DNA from: Mobula hypostoma
Lineage: Eukaryota
Direction: 5' to 3'
Length of the DNA: 64,000 nucleotides
Assembly: GCF_963921235.1 (NCBI RefSeq)
Contig: NC_086097.1
Span: forward strand, 145,454,001-145,518,000
The position numbers and the translations under genes were made by a program. Of the stretch, positions 26,760-39,804 are shown one piece after another (position 1 is the first letter of the stretch; each line of letters opens with the position of its first letter). The notes below the pieces were generated by a model. The model searched no databases. It saw only the letters and a list, made by a program, of their open reading frames with translations, and was not told where the DNA came from.

Positions 26760-29043
26760 GCAAGACACACAAAAAATGCTGGTGAACGCAGCAGTCCAGG
26801 CAGCATCTATAGGAAGAGGTACAGTCGATGTTTCAAGCCAAGACCCTTCATCAGGACCAACTGAAAGAAGAGATAGTAAGAGATTTGAAAGTGGGAGGGG
26901 GAGGGGGAGATCCGAAATGATAGGAGAAGACAGGAGGGGGAGGGATTGAGCTAAGAGCTGGAAAGTTGATTGGCAAAATGGATATGAGGCTGGAGAAGGG
27001 AGAGGATCATGGGACGGGAGGCCGAGGGAGAAGGTAGGGGAAGCCCAGAGGATGGGCAAGGAGTTATAGTGAGAGGGACAGGGAGGAAAAGGAGAGAGAG
27101 AAAAAATAAAATAATAATAATGAATAAATAACGATGGGGTACGAAGGGGAGGTAGGGCATTAAGGAAGTTAGAGAGGTCAATATTCATGCCATCAGGTTG
27201 GAGACTACCCAGATGGAATATAAGGTGTTGTTCCTCCAACCTGAGTGTGGCTTCATCTTGACAGTAGAGGAGGTCGTGGATAGACATATCAGAATGCGAA
27301 TGGGATGTGGAATTAAAATGTGTGGCCACTGGGAGATCCTGCTTTCTCTGGCGGACACAGCGTAGGTGTTCAGCGAGACGCAGTATATCACCCCAGCCGA
27401 CTCACAGGTGAAGTGTCGCCTCACCTGGAAGGACTGTCTGGGGCCCTGAATGGTGGTAAGGGAGGAAGTGTAAGGGCATGTGTAGCACTTGTTCCCTTTA
27501 CAAGGATAAGTGCCAGGAGGGAGATGGGTGGGGAGGGATTGGGGGGACGAATGGACAAGGGAGTCGTGTAGGGAGCGATCCCCGCAGAATGCGGGGGGCG
27601 GGGGGAAGATGTGCTTAGTGGTGGGATCCCGTTGGAGGTGGTGGAAGTTACGGAGAATAATATGTTGGACCCAGAGGTTGGTGGAGTGGTAGGTGAGGAC
27701 AAGGGGAACCCTATTCCCAGTGGGGTGGCGGGAGGATGGAGTGAGAGCAGATGTGCATGAAACAGGAGAGATGCGTTTGAGAGCAGAGTTGATGTTGGAG
27801 GAAGGGAAGCCCCTTTCTTCAAAAAAGGAGGACATCTCCTTCGTCCTGGAATGAAAAGCCTCATCCTGAGAGCAGATGCGGCGGAGATGGAGGAATTGCG
27901 AGAAGGTGATGGTACTTTTGCAAGAGACAGGGTGGGAAGAGGAACAGTCCAGATAGCTGTGAGAGTCTGTAGGCTTATAGTAGACATCAGTAGATAAGCT
28001 GTCTCCAGAGATAGAGACAGAAAAATCAAGAAAGGGGAGGGAGCTATCGGAAATAGACCAGGTAAACTTGAGGGCAGGGTGAAAGTTGGAGGCAAAATTA
28101 ATGAAGTCAACGAGCTCGGCATGCGTCCAGGAAGCAGCGCCAATGCAGTCGTTGATGTAGCGAAGGAAAAGTGGGGGACAGATACCAGTATAGGCTTGGA
28201 AAATGGATTGTTCCACAAAGCCAACAAAAAGGCATGCATAGCTGGGACCCATATGGGTGCCCATGGCTACACCTTTAGTTTGGAGGAAGTAGGAGGAGCC
28301 AAAGGAGAAATTATTAAGAGTAAGGAATAATTCCGCTAGACGGAGCAGAGTGGTGGTAGAGGGGAACTGGTTAAGTCTGGAATCCAAAAAGAAGCGGAGA
28401 GCTTTGAGACCTTCCTGGTGGGGGATGGAGGTATATAGGGACTGGACATCCACATCCCATTCCCATTCTGATATGTCTGTCCACGGCCTCCTCTACTGTC
28501 AAGATGAAGCCACACTCAGGTTGGAGGTACAACACCTTATATTCCGTATGGGTAGCCGTAGCCTCCAACCTGATGTCATGAATATTGACTTCTCTAACTT
28601 CCGTTAATGCCCCATCTCCCATCCATTATTTATTTATTTATTATTTATTATATTTTTTTTCTCTCTCCTTTTTCTCCCTCTGTCCCTCTCACTATACTCC
28701 TTGCCCATCCTCTGGACTTCTCCCTCCCCCTTTCTTTCTCCCTAGGCCTCCTGTCCCATGATCCTCTCCCTTCTCCAGCCTCATATCCCTTTTGCCAATC
28801 AACTTTCCAGCTCTTAGCTCCATCCCTCCCCCTCCTGTCTTCTCCTATCATTTCGGATCTCCCCCTTCCTCTCCCACTTTCAAATCTCTTACTATCTCTT
28901 CTTTCAGTTAGTCCTGACGAAGGGTCTTGGCCCGAAACGTCAACTGTACCTCTTCCTATAGATGCTGCCTGGCCTGCTGCGTTCACCAGCATTTTTTGTG
29001 TGTGTTGCTTGAAATTCCAGCATCTGCAGATTTCCTCGTGTTT
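26760..29043 (-). mobile_element. Penelope-like element (Neptune-type): RT + linker + partial GIY-YIG, with inverted terminal arm
   Basis: ORF 27185-28453(-): MDVQSLYTSIPH, QTKGVAMGTHMGPSYA, FLRYIND, TDVYYKPTDSHSYL, CKGNKCYTC, CESAGVIYC. 28448-29043 is an inverted copy of the 3' end. Degenerate TSD gagtgaaataaaat / gagtaaaatagaat. Confidence 0.92.
28905..28946 (+). ncRNA. Minimal type I hammerhead ribozyme motif
   Basis: CTGACGA (28914-28920), a-gggtcttggccc stem II, GAAAC, GTC cleavage triplet. One mismatch in stem I. Confidence 0.65.
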
Positions 29044-31167
29044 GAGTAAAATAGAATATTAGATTTAATATAAAGTTAGCCAAATTTAGTTCCAGGCTAT
29101 CTGCATGAGCAATAATCCATTGCGTTTCACAAAATATTGTTTGGAATTGTGCTGGGGGTAAAAAAAAAAAGGGAAAATGTAAAATGGCAACTAGACTTCT
29201 ATATTTGAGTAACACATACAGCAGGTCAGGCAGTATCTATGGGAATAAATGGTCAACGTTTCAGGCCAAAATGATTCATCAGGAGTTCCTCCACATTGTA
29301 TCTTAAGATCTCCAGCATCTGCAGAACCTACAGTTAAGTGATACAGACTTCAATGGAAGACCAATTAATGAGAAGAGAGTAGATCAAAAGGAGATATTCA
29401 GAATTGTACTTCCATGGTACAGAAGGACTTTATACCTATTATGATTGCTGAAGAATGCTGTTGTAAATGACTGAAACAGGAAGGGCAGTAGGAAACAATG
29501 AAGTCATATGCAGAAGTGCAAAAACTTGTAACTAAAAAAGATAAAAATAATTAGTTTGGGAAAAGTATACGGTAAAACTTAAAAGAAATATGAAATTCTA
29601 CACAATTTTTATAATTAGGAAAACAATGGATGGAAGCATATGGACTCCAACATTTTTATTTAAAATGTCGTTTAGGAACTGACAAATGTAATAATTACAT
29701 AAGCACACAGCATATATGAACAGGTCCTCTTGTCCCTCACACCTGCCCCACCATTCAATATCATCAATGCTGATCAGTCTTGGACCTCATCTCCTCTGAG
29801 CTGTATCCATCAATCTCCTGATCTTCCAACAATCTACCTTCTCTTTAAATATTTCTGGTAAGCTTGCTTACACTGCTCTGTGTGGTGAAGAATTCCACAG
29901 GGAAGAAAGAAGAGCATATCAGTAGTGCCAAGGAAACGAATATTGAACCAAGGATTTGCCAAGATTTTGAAACAAAGTATCTCTATTGAATGAAATAAAT
30001 AATATAGTAATAATTCTGAGAGAACTTTCAGCTATTTATTTAATGTTCAATATTGTCGCTTTCGTAATGACGAAGCTTCAAATGATAAAGCTGTAGTGTA
30101 CTTGAACTTCAGCCCAATTACTGAGCACAGACAAAGAACTGAACAAGGACTTTGCAGATTTTTTACGAGACAGGAGAAACTAAGGACTTCAGTTTTAATT
30201 TTTACTAGCTTGAAAATTGTTTGCCATAAGTTTTTCCAGAGTCTTCCAGATTATTTAAACTATTTATGAACACAATACAAATGAAAGTGAACCTAAATCT
30301 TATAGCTCTGAATGGCTTCATTTTCACTGATTTATTATGGGGAATGTTAACCTCACAAGGAGAACAACATTTTAAGATTAGCTGATTTTTTGTTTGCATA
30401 TTGGCTTTATGTCAGGATGAACCTTAGGATGAAAATAAGGATAATTTTCTTCATTCAAGATGTGAGTCTATAGAATTTCTACTCGAGGGCTATGAAGGAT
30501 CAGTGACTGATTTCATTCCAGTGCAATTACCTGTGATCTTGTTGAATGGAAAGCAAATGTGAGGAGCTGAATGACCAACTCGTCCTCCTTTTTCTTGTGT
30601 TATTATTATTATTAAAGACTGCAGCTAAAAAAAAGGCTCACTTTGTGCTATTGATTAAAAGAAGATGCATCTTAAATACAGTTGGTGGAAATAAAAAATG
30701 ATCAGTACTTTCAGAAGAACTGAAACTGTTGGAAGCATTCAGTTGGTCAGGTAGAGAAAAAGTTTCTCTATTTCTGCTATCTCAGATGATGAGTGTTTCC
30801 AGAGTCTTCTGTTTCAATTTCAGATTCCTGTCATTAATAATTTTCTGGTTTTCTTTCAGAAGGAAATTAGTTGGAGCTTGTGAGATTGATCTGCAGAGTT
30901 GTGTGTGGAGAGTGTAGAGAGGTTTCAGGACTGCTCTGATAGAATAGAAGCAGGCAAAGGCTTGATAAGCTACATGGCTTGTGCTTTAACAGATTATTAT
31001 TCTGTAAATCTAATGATCAATTTATGCACAGAATCTTATGAGTATTATTACACTATTGATAACTTTTTTTAGTGAGGTTGTATGAAGCATAATGCCATCA
31101 GTCCCATTCTCCACCCCCCCCCTTAATTCCCTATGACCTTGTTACCTATTCTCTTTCACATACCTAT

Positions 31168-32330
31168 TGATGTGTACATGGATTTTAGCAAGGCATTTGA
31201 TAAGGTACCCCATGCAAGGCTTATTGAGAAAATAAGGAGGCATGGGATCCAAGGGGACATTGCTTTGTGGATCCAGAACTGGTTTGCCCACAGAAGGCAA
31301 AGAGTGGTTGTAGATGGGACGTATTCTGCATGGAGGCCGGTGACCAGTGGTGTGCCTCAGGGATCTCTTCTGGGACACCTACTGTTTGTGATGTTTATAA
31401 ATGACCTGGATGAAGAAGTGGAGGGATGGGTTAGTAAATTGCTGATGACACAAAGGTTGGGGGTGTTGTGGATAGCGTGGAGGGCTGTCAGAGGTTACAA
31501 CGGGACATTGATAGGATGCAAAACTGGGCTGGGAAGTGGCAGATGCAATTCAACCCAGATAAGTGTGAGGTTGTCCATTTTGGTAGGTCAAATATGATGA
31601 CAGGATATAGTATTAATGGTAAGACTCTTGGAAGTGTGGAGGATCAGAGGGACCTTGGGGTCCGAGTCTATAGGACACTAAAAGCTGCTACACAGGTTGA
31701 CTCTGTGGTTAAGAAGGCATACGGTGCATTGGCCTTCATCAATTGTGGGATTGAGTTTAAGAGCGATATAGGACCCTGGTCAGACCCCGCTTGGAGTACT
31801 GTGATCATTTCTGGTCACCTCACTGTAGGAAAGGCGTGGAAACCATAGAAAGGGTGTAGAGGAGATTTACATGGATGTTGCCTGGATTAGGGAGCGTGCC
31901 TTATGAGAATAGATTGAGTGAACTCGGCCTTTTCTCCTTGGGAGCAACGGAGGATGAGTGGTGACTTGATAGAGGTGCACAAGATAATGAGAGGCATTGA
32001 CTGTGTGGATAGTTAGAGGCTTTTCCCCAGGGCTAAAATGGCTAGCACAAGAGGGCACAGTTTTAAGGTGCTTGGAAGTAGGTATAGAGGAAATGTCAGG
32101 GCTAAGTTTTTTTACGCAGAGAGTGGTGACTGCGTGGTATGGGTTGCCGGCGGCGGCGGTGGAGGTGGAAACGATAGGGTCTTTTAAGAGATTCCTGGAT
32201 GGCTACATGGAGCTTAGAAATATGGAGGGCTATGGATAAAGCCTAGGTAGTTCTAAGGTAGGGACATGTTCAGCACAGCTTTGTGGGCCGAAGGGCCTGT
32301 ATTGTGCTGTATGTTTTCTGTTTCTATGAT
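31168..32330 (+). mobile_element. 5'-truncated CR1 LINE
   Basis: [39 protein letters not shown]; tail ttctgtttctatg. Confidence 0.9.
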
Positions 32331-32357
32331 TTTTAATGCTACTTAAAGTAGTTACCC

Positions 32358-32663
32358 GGGTTAGCACGTAGCCAAGTGGTTAAGGCATTCGTCTAGTGAT
32401 TTGAAGGTCGCTAGTTCGAGCCTTGGCTGAGGCAGTGTGTTGTGTCCTTAAGCAAGGCACTTAACCACACAGTGCTTTGCGACAACACCAGTGCCAAGCT
32501 GTATGAGTCCTAATGCTTTTCCCTTGGACAACATCGGTGGCATGGAGAGGGGAGACTTGCAGCATGGGCAACTGCTGGTCTTCCATACAGCCTTGCCCAG
32601 GCCTGCGCCCTGGAAACCTTCCAAGGTGCAAATCCATGGTCTCATGGGACTAATGGATGCCTA
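32358..32663 (+). mobile_element. Full-length tRNA/CORE-like SINE with 14-bp TSD
   Basis: TSD taaagtagttaccc (32344-32357 and 32664-32677). A box tagccaagtgg, B box gttcgagcc, CORE-like gtgtccttaagcaaggcacttaacc. Confidence 0.88.
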
Positions 32664-33759
32664 TAAAGTAGTTACCCTGAGGGCCTGAATAGTACTGAGT
32701 TGCCATTTTCCCAACAAAGTTCAATGGGAATCTCTTGCCACTTACAGTAAAGGGTAACTTACAGTATTCATTTAACCTACTAGAACATCTTCAGGGAGGA
32801 TTTACTAGACTAATATTATGAATGTGTGTGCTGTCTTCTGATGGAAGGTTTCATCTGTGGAGTTTAGAAGAATTAAAGGGACTTCATTAAGACATATTGA
32901 ATCCTGTATAGTCATGGCAAAGTGGATGTGGAAAGGATTTAGAACTTGGGTTCACTGTTTATAAAGTATAATGATATAGCAGGACCTGGTAACCAGGAAT
33001 GTTCCTGACCTCCAATGCTGTCAGGGTGGAGTATGCTTCTGGCCATATGGTTTTCCTCTATGTTTTCTAGTTGGCTCTAATTTTCTCCCATATCTGAAAG
33101 AAATGTTGGTTAGCAGATTAGTTGACTACTGTAAATTATCCAGTGCATGGGCGGATGCTAGAAGAGCAAGGAGGAAGTTAATGGGCTTGTGAAAGGGAAT
33201 TGCACTGAACCAGCACGGAATCACTTTGCTGAATGGACTTTCATGTCATTACGAAATGTGCCATTTTTATGAGAATTATCGTTAGGTCTCTGCTTCCATT
33301 GACCTTTGAAACAGAAGATCTTTGAACAGCAGTTTTTTAAGATAGATGCATATGTCAGGTCTAGTTTACTGTCATATGCACAGGTACATGTGATATACAA
33401 GTGCAATGAAAAACGTGCAGCAGCATCACAGGCACCTAGCATCATATAAGCAGCATTCACAAAAAATGAATTAGTCATAAATTATGCACAATTTTTTAGA
33501 GGAGAATATGATTAGAACAAAAAAGTCAATTTTAAGCGAGGTGGTCAGAATGGTTGTAGTGTTTCTAAACTATAATGATTAGGGTTTTGGCAGTTGTTGA
33601 GCTTTTCATCAATTTGGTGTGTCTGATTTGACCCGCATTTTTATCAATGCACCATCTATCCAAATGCATCATGCAAGAAACTGATGAGGTTCTGATCAAC
33701 ATATCACGGATACCATCCTTCACTCCACAGACTCTGTCTTACTTTCACTGCCTCGATAA

Positions 33760-35055
33760 AGACCTTAAGACGTAGGAGCAGAATTGAGCCCATCGACTCT
33801 GCTCTGCCATTCCATTACGGCTGAAGTATTATCCCTGTCATTCTCATTCTCCTGCCTTCTCCCTGTAACTTTTGACACCTTCACTAATCAAGAAACTCCA
33901 CTTTAAATGTACCCAATGACTTGGCCTCCACAGCCATCTATATCAATGCATTCCGCAGATTCACCACACTCTGGCTAAAGAAATTTCTCCTCACCTCTGT
34001 ACGAAAGGGATATCCTTCTAACGTTATGCCCTTTGGTCCTAGATTATCCCATTAATGGCCACCCTTATCTAGGCCTTTCATTATTCAGTAGGTTTCAGTG
34101 AGATTGCTTCCCCACCGCCCACTTTATTTTTCTAAACTAGCGAGTAAACGCCCAGAGCCATAAAACACTACTCATACATTAGGGCTTTCATTCTCCGGAA
34201 ACATTCTAGCAGCCCAAAACTGCTCACAATAATAAATGTCTGATCATTGCCTTATAAAGCCTCAGCATTGCATCTTTGTTTTTATATTCTAGTCCTTTCA
34301 ATGCATGCTAACGTAGCATTTGCCTTCCTTATCACAAACTCGACCTGCAAGTTAAGCTTTAGGGAATCCTTCATGAGGACTCTCAAGTACCTCTGATTTT
34401 TAAATGTTCTCCTCGTTTAGAATATAGTCCACATGTTTATTCCTTCAGTTTCCACCTCCCTACACTATATTCCATCTGCCACTTTATTGCCCATTCCCCC
34501 AATGTGTATTCTTGGATGTTATGCTCCCAGCTGTGATCTTTCAACCACCACTCAGTGATGCGCATATCATACTTGCTAATCTCTAAATGTGTTACAAGAT
34601 CATCTATCTTATTCTGAACGCTGTGTGCGTCCATATGTAACACCAGCAGTCCTGTATTCATCGCCCTTTTTGATTTTGGCCTCTTGTTACACTTCAACTC
34701 GTCCCACTGACTGCAATTTTGCCCTATCATCTGCCTGTCCTTCACTGTCCAGTACACACCGCATCCAGTTGTATACCAACTGGTCCATCATCAGCCTTAT
34801 CACTCCGGTTCTCAACCCCTGCCAAATTATTTCAAACCCTAGCATCTCTAGCAAATCTGTTTGCAAGAATATTGGTCTCCCCCCCCCAACCCCCACTCCC
34901 CACTCAGGTTCAAATGTAACCCATCCTCTTTGTACAGGTCATCCAATCCCCAGAAGAGATCCCAATGATCCTAGAAATCTGAAACCCTGACCCCTGCACT
35001 AATTCTTCAGCCACACATTCATCTGCCAAATTATCCAGTTCTTACCCTCGCAGGC
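33760..35055 (-). mobile_element. Internally deleted CR1 LINE
   Basis: CR1 3' UTR at the left, WQMEYSVG, then ORF1/ORF2 junction remnants (SVQNKIDDL, ITEWWLK). Confidence 0.7.
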
Positions 35056-35199
35056 AAGTGGCATTCGCTTTAGAAAAGTTACTTGTTTCCTTTTTATTGC
35101 TGTCCTATTTCGCCCTTTTTTTAACAAAAGACAGAGAGTTGAGTGTGTATGAACACAGCAAAATAAAACGAAGTGGGAATTATCCGCTGTCTAAACCTC

Positions 35200-35660
35200 C
35201 AACATTGGCCTTGGCAGGAGGACTAGCGCCTGCGTACTCCTGAGTCCTTCGACGTGTTTCGCGAGCGCGCAGCGGGGATGTGAGCGGGGTTTGCCATGCG
35301 CGCACACAAGGAAGCGGCGGGGCCCCGCGTGTTACTGGGGAGACGCGCTCGAGTGGTGCCTCTGCTGAAACTCAGGGACTTTATTCCAGTTACCAGAGCG
35401 ATCAAGGATCGGTCAAGAGCGGTTCCAGGTAAGGAGCGCACCACAGTGTAATCGGTCGATTAACGCCGCTGGTGGACTGTGGTTTCCCGGGTCTGTACAA
35501 TGTGTGAGTGTGAGCAGCCCAGCTAGGCCCAATCCCTGTACTGCATGGGTCTAGCATTCGTATGCTCCTACTACACTTTACACTATTACTTTGTTTGAAA
35601 TATATGCTGGTTTTACTCGTTGAATAGAAACCCGGCACCCATCTGCGTCCATGCCGGTCA
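35200..35660 (+). promoter_or_regulatory. CpG-island-like promoter of a downstream + strand gene
   Basis: Locally dense CpG in an otherwise CpG-poor window, with no repeat character. NRF1-like GCGCCTGCGT (35226) and TGCGCGCA (35297), ETS-like AGGAAGCGG, TTCGCGAG, and ATTGG (CCAAT on the minus strand) near 35204. Confidence 0.75.
35300..35428 (+). other. Putative non-coding first exon (start approximate) of the next gene, probably SCAP by synteny
   Basis: Strong donor CAG|GTAAGG at 35428/35429 inside the CpG island. Recalled human order places SCAP directly downstream of ELP6 in the same orientation, with a non-coding exon 1 and a long intron 1. No SCAP coding sequence is visible. Confidence 0.55.
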
Positions 35661-36106
35661 GGACATCTTGTTCTGATAGTTTCCGATTCTTTTTGTTGCA
35701 AAAAAAAGTCTAAATTGAAGCTTTGAAATATAATAAGTTTTTCTGTAGTGAAATGTGTGCTAAATTTCTTATTTTTTTAAAAAAGCCATGTAACTGCACT
35801 ATAATTTGTTAGGCTTTGCTTTTGTTGAAGTATCGAGACTTAAATTCTTCTGTAGGTTTTTGATGTCCATGTTTTATCATCGATTTTGATCCTTAACTTC
35901 CAACTTCATACTTGCACGTACCAAGGTTTGATACCTCTCTGTACAATTCAGATTTTGCTTTTATTCTGTGTTGCCTGTTTCTTTTTTGTAGTTTACTGTT
36001 TTATTAACTAGAGCATAGTTCTGATTATTTCTCTGAACTAATACTCTCTTTGATCAGAATTCATTGTTCTGCCCCATTTTTCTAAAGCTGATATTAATGA
36101 TCAGAT

Positions 36107-36336
36107 ACAAGAGAAAATCTGCAGATGCTGGAAATCCGAGCAACACATACACAAAATGCTGGAGGAACTCAGCAGGCTGGACAGCATAGATGGAAAAGAG
36201 TACAGTCGACGTTTCGGGCCAAAACCCTTCGGCAGGACATGGAACTCTTTGATAGGTTTCAACCCAAAATATAAACTGTGCTCTTTTTCCATAGATGCTG
36301 CCTGGCCTGCTGAGTTCCTCCAGCATTTTGTGTGCG
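36107..36336. mobile_element. 230-bp Penelope-derived foldback insertion
   Basis: Inverted arms acacaaaatgctggaggaactcagcagg / cctgctgagttcctccagcattttgtgt. Degenerate TSD ttaatgatcagat / ttagtgattagat. Mutated hammerhead on the minus strand. Confidence 0.8.
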
Positions 36337-36839
36337 TTAGTGATTAGATCCCTGCATAATTAACAATGGAGTAATATATCAACAATTTCAAAATAGTTAA
36401 AAGTACCAGGTGTTATTATTTGTTATAAATTTCTGCATTTTACTCTTTCCAAATGAAATCACTAATAAGTTTCTAAATAATATTTTGTGGAGTGAACCAA
36501 GACCACATCAGTTAGTGAGAGGTACATCTAAAGCTTTTATTTTTTTTAAACTCTGTTTTGCCATCTTAAAATGCCTTGGTTTAAGAAATAATTGAAGTAT
36601 TTACATCCTGTACGGGATGGTCTGTCTGAAGGAATGTTGTTTTGTTTGGTGGTATACATGTGTACGATTGATTGACAATAAACTGAACTTGAAAAGTTTT
36701 ACCAAATTTGTTCAACTCCTTGTTGGTTAGATCTATCAAAACTCTTCTCTATTTAAATGATATTGATGCTTTCAGCTTTGATATTTGGGATAATTTTGTC
36801 TCCACATCTTTCTGTATATCCATCATTAACAATTGGTAA

Positions 36840-38190
36840 GTTTGTTTATTACTGCTGCATGGGAAAACTTGCTTGCTGTCTATTCATACAGATCAATTTA
36901 TAACAACATTGCATTGAGGTAGTACAAAATAAGATAGAGTGTAGAATAAAGTATTACAGTTATAGAGGAAGTGCAGTGCAAGTATACTGAAAGATGCAAG
37001 GTGACAACAAGGTTGATTATGAGATCAAGAATCCACCTTATTGTACCAGGGAATTGTCCTGTAGCCTTATTACAACATAATGCATCCAGATAGGATATGT
37101 TGCACTAATAAAAATTTGTTAATGGTCAAAGGGGACATGTCAAATGCTTGAGGAAGTAAAGCTGCTGGAAAGCTTTCTTGGCCATGGAGTCAACGTGGTT
37201 GGACCAGGGCCAGTTTTTGGTGATGTTCACTCACAGGATATTGATTCTCTCAACCCTCCTGACTTCAGCGCGATTGATGTGAACAGGAGGATTGCAGCCC
37301 CTCTGCTGTCCTGAAGTCAATTACCCATTCTTTCATTTTGCTGACTTTGAGATAAAGATTGTTGTCATAACACCATGTCACTAGGCTCTGTATTGCCTTC
37401 CAGTATTCTGACTCATGGTTATTTGAAATATGGCCCACTACTGTGGCGTCATCTACAAACCTGTAGATAGGGGTTCCCATCATTTTTTATGCCATGGACC
37501 AATACCATGAAACAAGGGGTCTGGATCTTAGATTGGGAAGCACTGCTGGATTTAAAGCAGAATCTGGCCATGCAGTCATGAGTGTATGGGGAGCAATAGG
37601 AGGCAGAGGAAGCAGCTGTGTGGTGCACCAGTGTTGAAGATAATCAGGGTGGGTATGTTGCGGCCTATCCTTACTGATTGTTGTCTGCTGGTCAGGAAGT
37701 CAACAAAGAGTGCAAAGAGGGGTGTTGAGTCCTAGCTCCAGCAGTGTGGAGATGAGCTTGCTTGGAATTATATTGTTGGTGGTGGAGCTAAAGTCAATAA
37801 GCAGTAGTCTAGCATAGGTGCCCTTACTGTTCTGATGCTTCAGAGATGAGCATAGGGTCAGGGAGAGAGCTTCTGCTGCAGACATGTTTCAACGGTAAGG
37901 GAATTGCAGTGGGTCGAGGTTGTCGAGTTAATGCATGCCATGACCAGCCTCTGAAACACTTCAAGATCGTGGATGTCAGAACCACTGAGACGTACTTTTT
38001 AAGGCTTTTTTCTTAGCTAACAGGATAATAACGGTCTTATTAAAGCAGGCGGGAACCTCAGACTGAAGCAAGAAGGGGCTAAAAAATGTGTGCAAGTACC
38101 CCAGCTTGCTGATTTGCACAAGATCTAAAACAGTACCAGGGATACCATCTGAGCCAGATGCTTTCCATGGTGTCATTCCAGAAGACTGAT
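36840..38190 (-). mobile_element. Degenerate Rex1/Babar LINE with a nested hAT MITE
   Basis: YARLLLIDFSS, IYRFVDDATVVG, KVSKMKEWVIDFR on the minus strand. Confidence 0.75.
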
Positions 38191-38195
38191 CCTAT

Positions 38196-38430
38196 CCATA
38201 AGACCATAAGACAAAGGAGCAGAAGTCAGCCATTCAGCCCATCAAGTCTGCTCCGCCATTTTATCATGAGGTGATCCATTCTCCTATTTAGTCCCACTCC
38301 CCCGCCTTCTCACCATAACCTTTGATGCCCTGGCTACTCAGATACCTATCAATCTCTGCCTTAAATACACACAATGACTTGGCCTCCACTGCTGCCCGTG
38401 GCAACAAATTCCATAGATTCACCACCCTCT
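38196..38430 (-). mobile_element. CR1 3' end fragment
   Basis: ccataagaccataagac tail repeat and CR1 3' UTR. Confidence 0.75.
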
Positions 38431-38697
38431 GTCTATCGCTACAACAGTGACTGTGTGTTCAGGAGCATTGGAAGCTGCTGGGTGGGTTTTCTGTTCCATA
38501 CAACATATTGTTCCTTTACAGAAGATTCATATAAGCATTGATTAATAATATTATTTAACAAGGTTTTTTTGTCATTTATCAGAGAATTATATTGTGTGGT
38601 GACTGATTATGACTAACAGATTTACTACATGTTACATGTTAAATACTTCATTTAAAAAAAATACCTTATAGGGTGTGTTATCGATTAAAGAATGCAT

Positions 38698-39332
38698 TAT
38701 AGAAACATAGAAACATAGAAAATAGGTGCAGGAGTAGGCCATTCGGCCCTTCGAGCCTGCACCACCATTTATTATGATCATGGCTGATCATCCAACTCAG
38801 AACCCAGCCTTCCCTCCATACCCCCTGACCCCTGTAGCCACAAGGGCCATATCTAACTTCCTTTTAAACATAGCTAATGAATTGGCCTCAACAGTTTGCT
38901 GTGGCAGAGAATTCCACAGATTCACCACTCTCTGTGTGAAGAAGTTTTTCCTAACCTCGGTCCTAAAAGGCTTCCCCTCTATCCTCAAACTGTGACCCCT
39001 CGTTCTAGACCTCCCCAACATCGGGAACAATCTTCCCGCATCTAGCCTGTCCAATCCCTTTAGGATCTTATACGTTTCAATCAGATCCCCCCTCAATCTT
39101 CTAAATTCCAACGAGTACAAGCCCAGTTCATCCAGTCTTTCTTCATATGAAAGACCTGCCATCCCAGGAATCAATCTGGTGAACCTTCTTTGTACTCCCT
39201 CTATGGCAAAGATGTCTTTCCTCAGATTAGGGGACCAAAACTGCACACAATACTCCAGGTGTGGTCTCACCAAGGCCTTGTACAACTGCAGTAGTACCTC
39301 CCTGCTCCTGTACTCGAATCCTCTCGCTATAA
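38698..39332 (-). mobile_element. Young 5'-truncated CR1 LINE
   Basis: Uninterrupted 162-aa ORF2 C-terminus (YKALVRPHLEYCVQFWSP...FFTQRVVNLWNSLP); (catagaaa)n tail. Confidence 0.92.
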
Positions 39333-39804
39333 ACAGGTAGATGCAATGGGAAGAATAAAGGAAACAGTAACTGCCTTATGATTTTTGGCATTTTATAGTT
39401 CATTACATTCCTGGGTCATGGAATGCAGATACCAAGTAATAAATTGGTGAAAAAGTATTATGAAATATGGTCTCAAAATAGATACAATCTTAACTATTGA
39501 ACAAATCAAAGTAAGAAATCATTAAATTTCCATTGCATGTGCACTGGTATTTACTCAGAGGATGTGGTGGAGGTTTGAATAAGAATTGGTGTGGGCAGGA
39601 TACCAGCAGCAGATTCCTGGTTGAACTAATATCCAAAGAAACCTGCAGGATAGAATTAGAAATAAATAATAGATAATGTTGACTCCACGAGTCAATGCAA
39701 CAACTGTGGAGAGAGAACCAGAATGAACTTAATATTAACCCTGTTTCCGTCTTCATATGTCTGAATACTAGAAGATGTTGTTCTTACAATTTGAACTGAT
39801 GAGT

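Noticed and set aside
32358..32432. tRNA gene
   Set aside because: The A/B boxes belong to a SINE head that continues into a CORE-like body and is flanked by a TSD.
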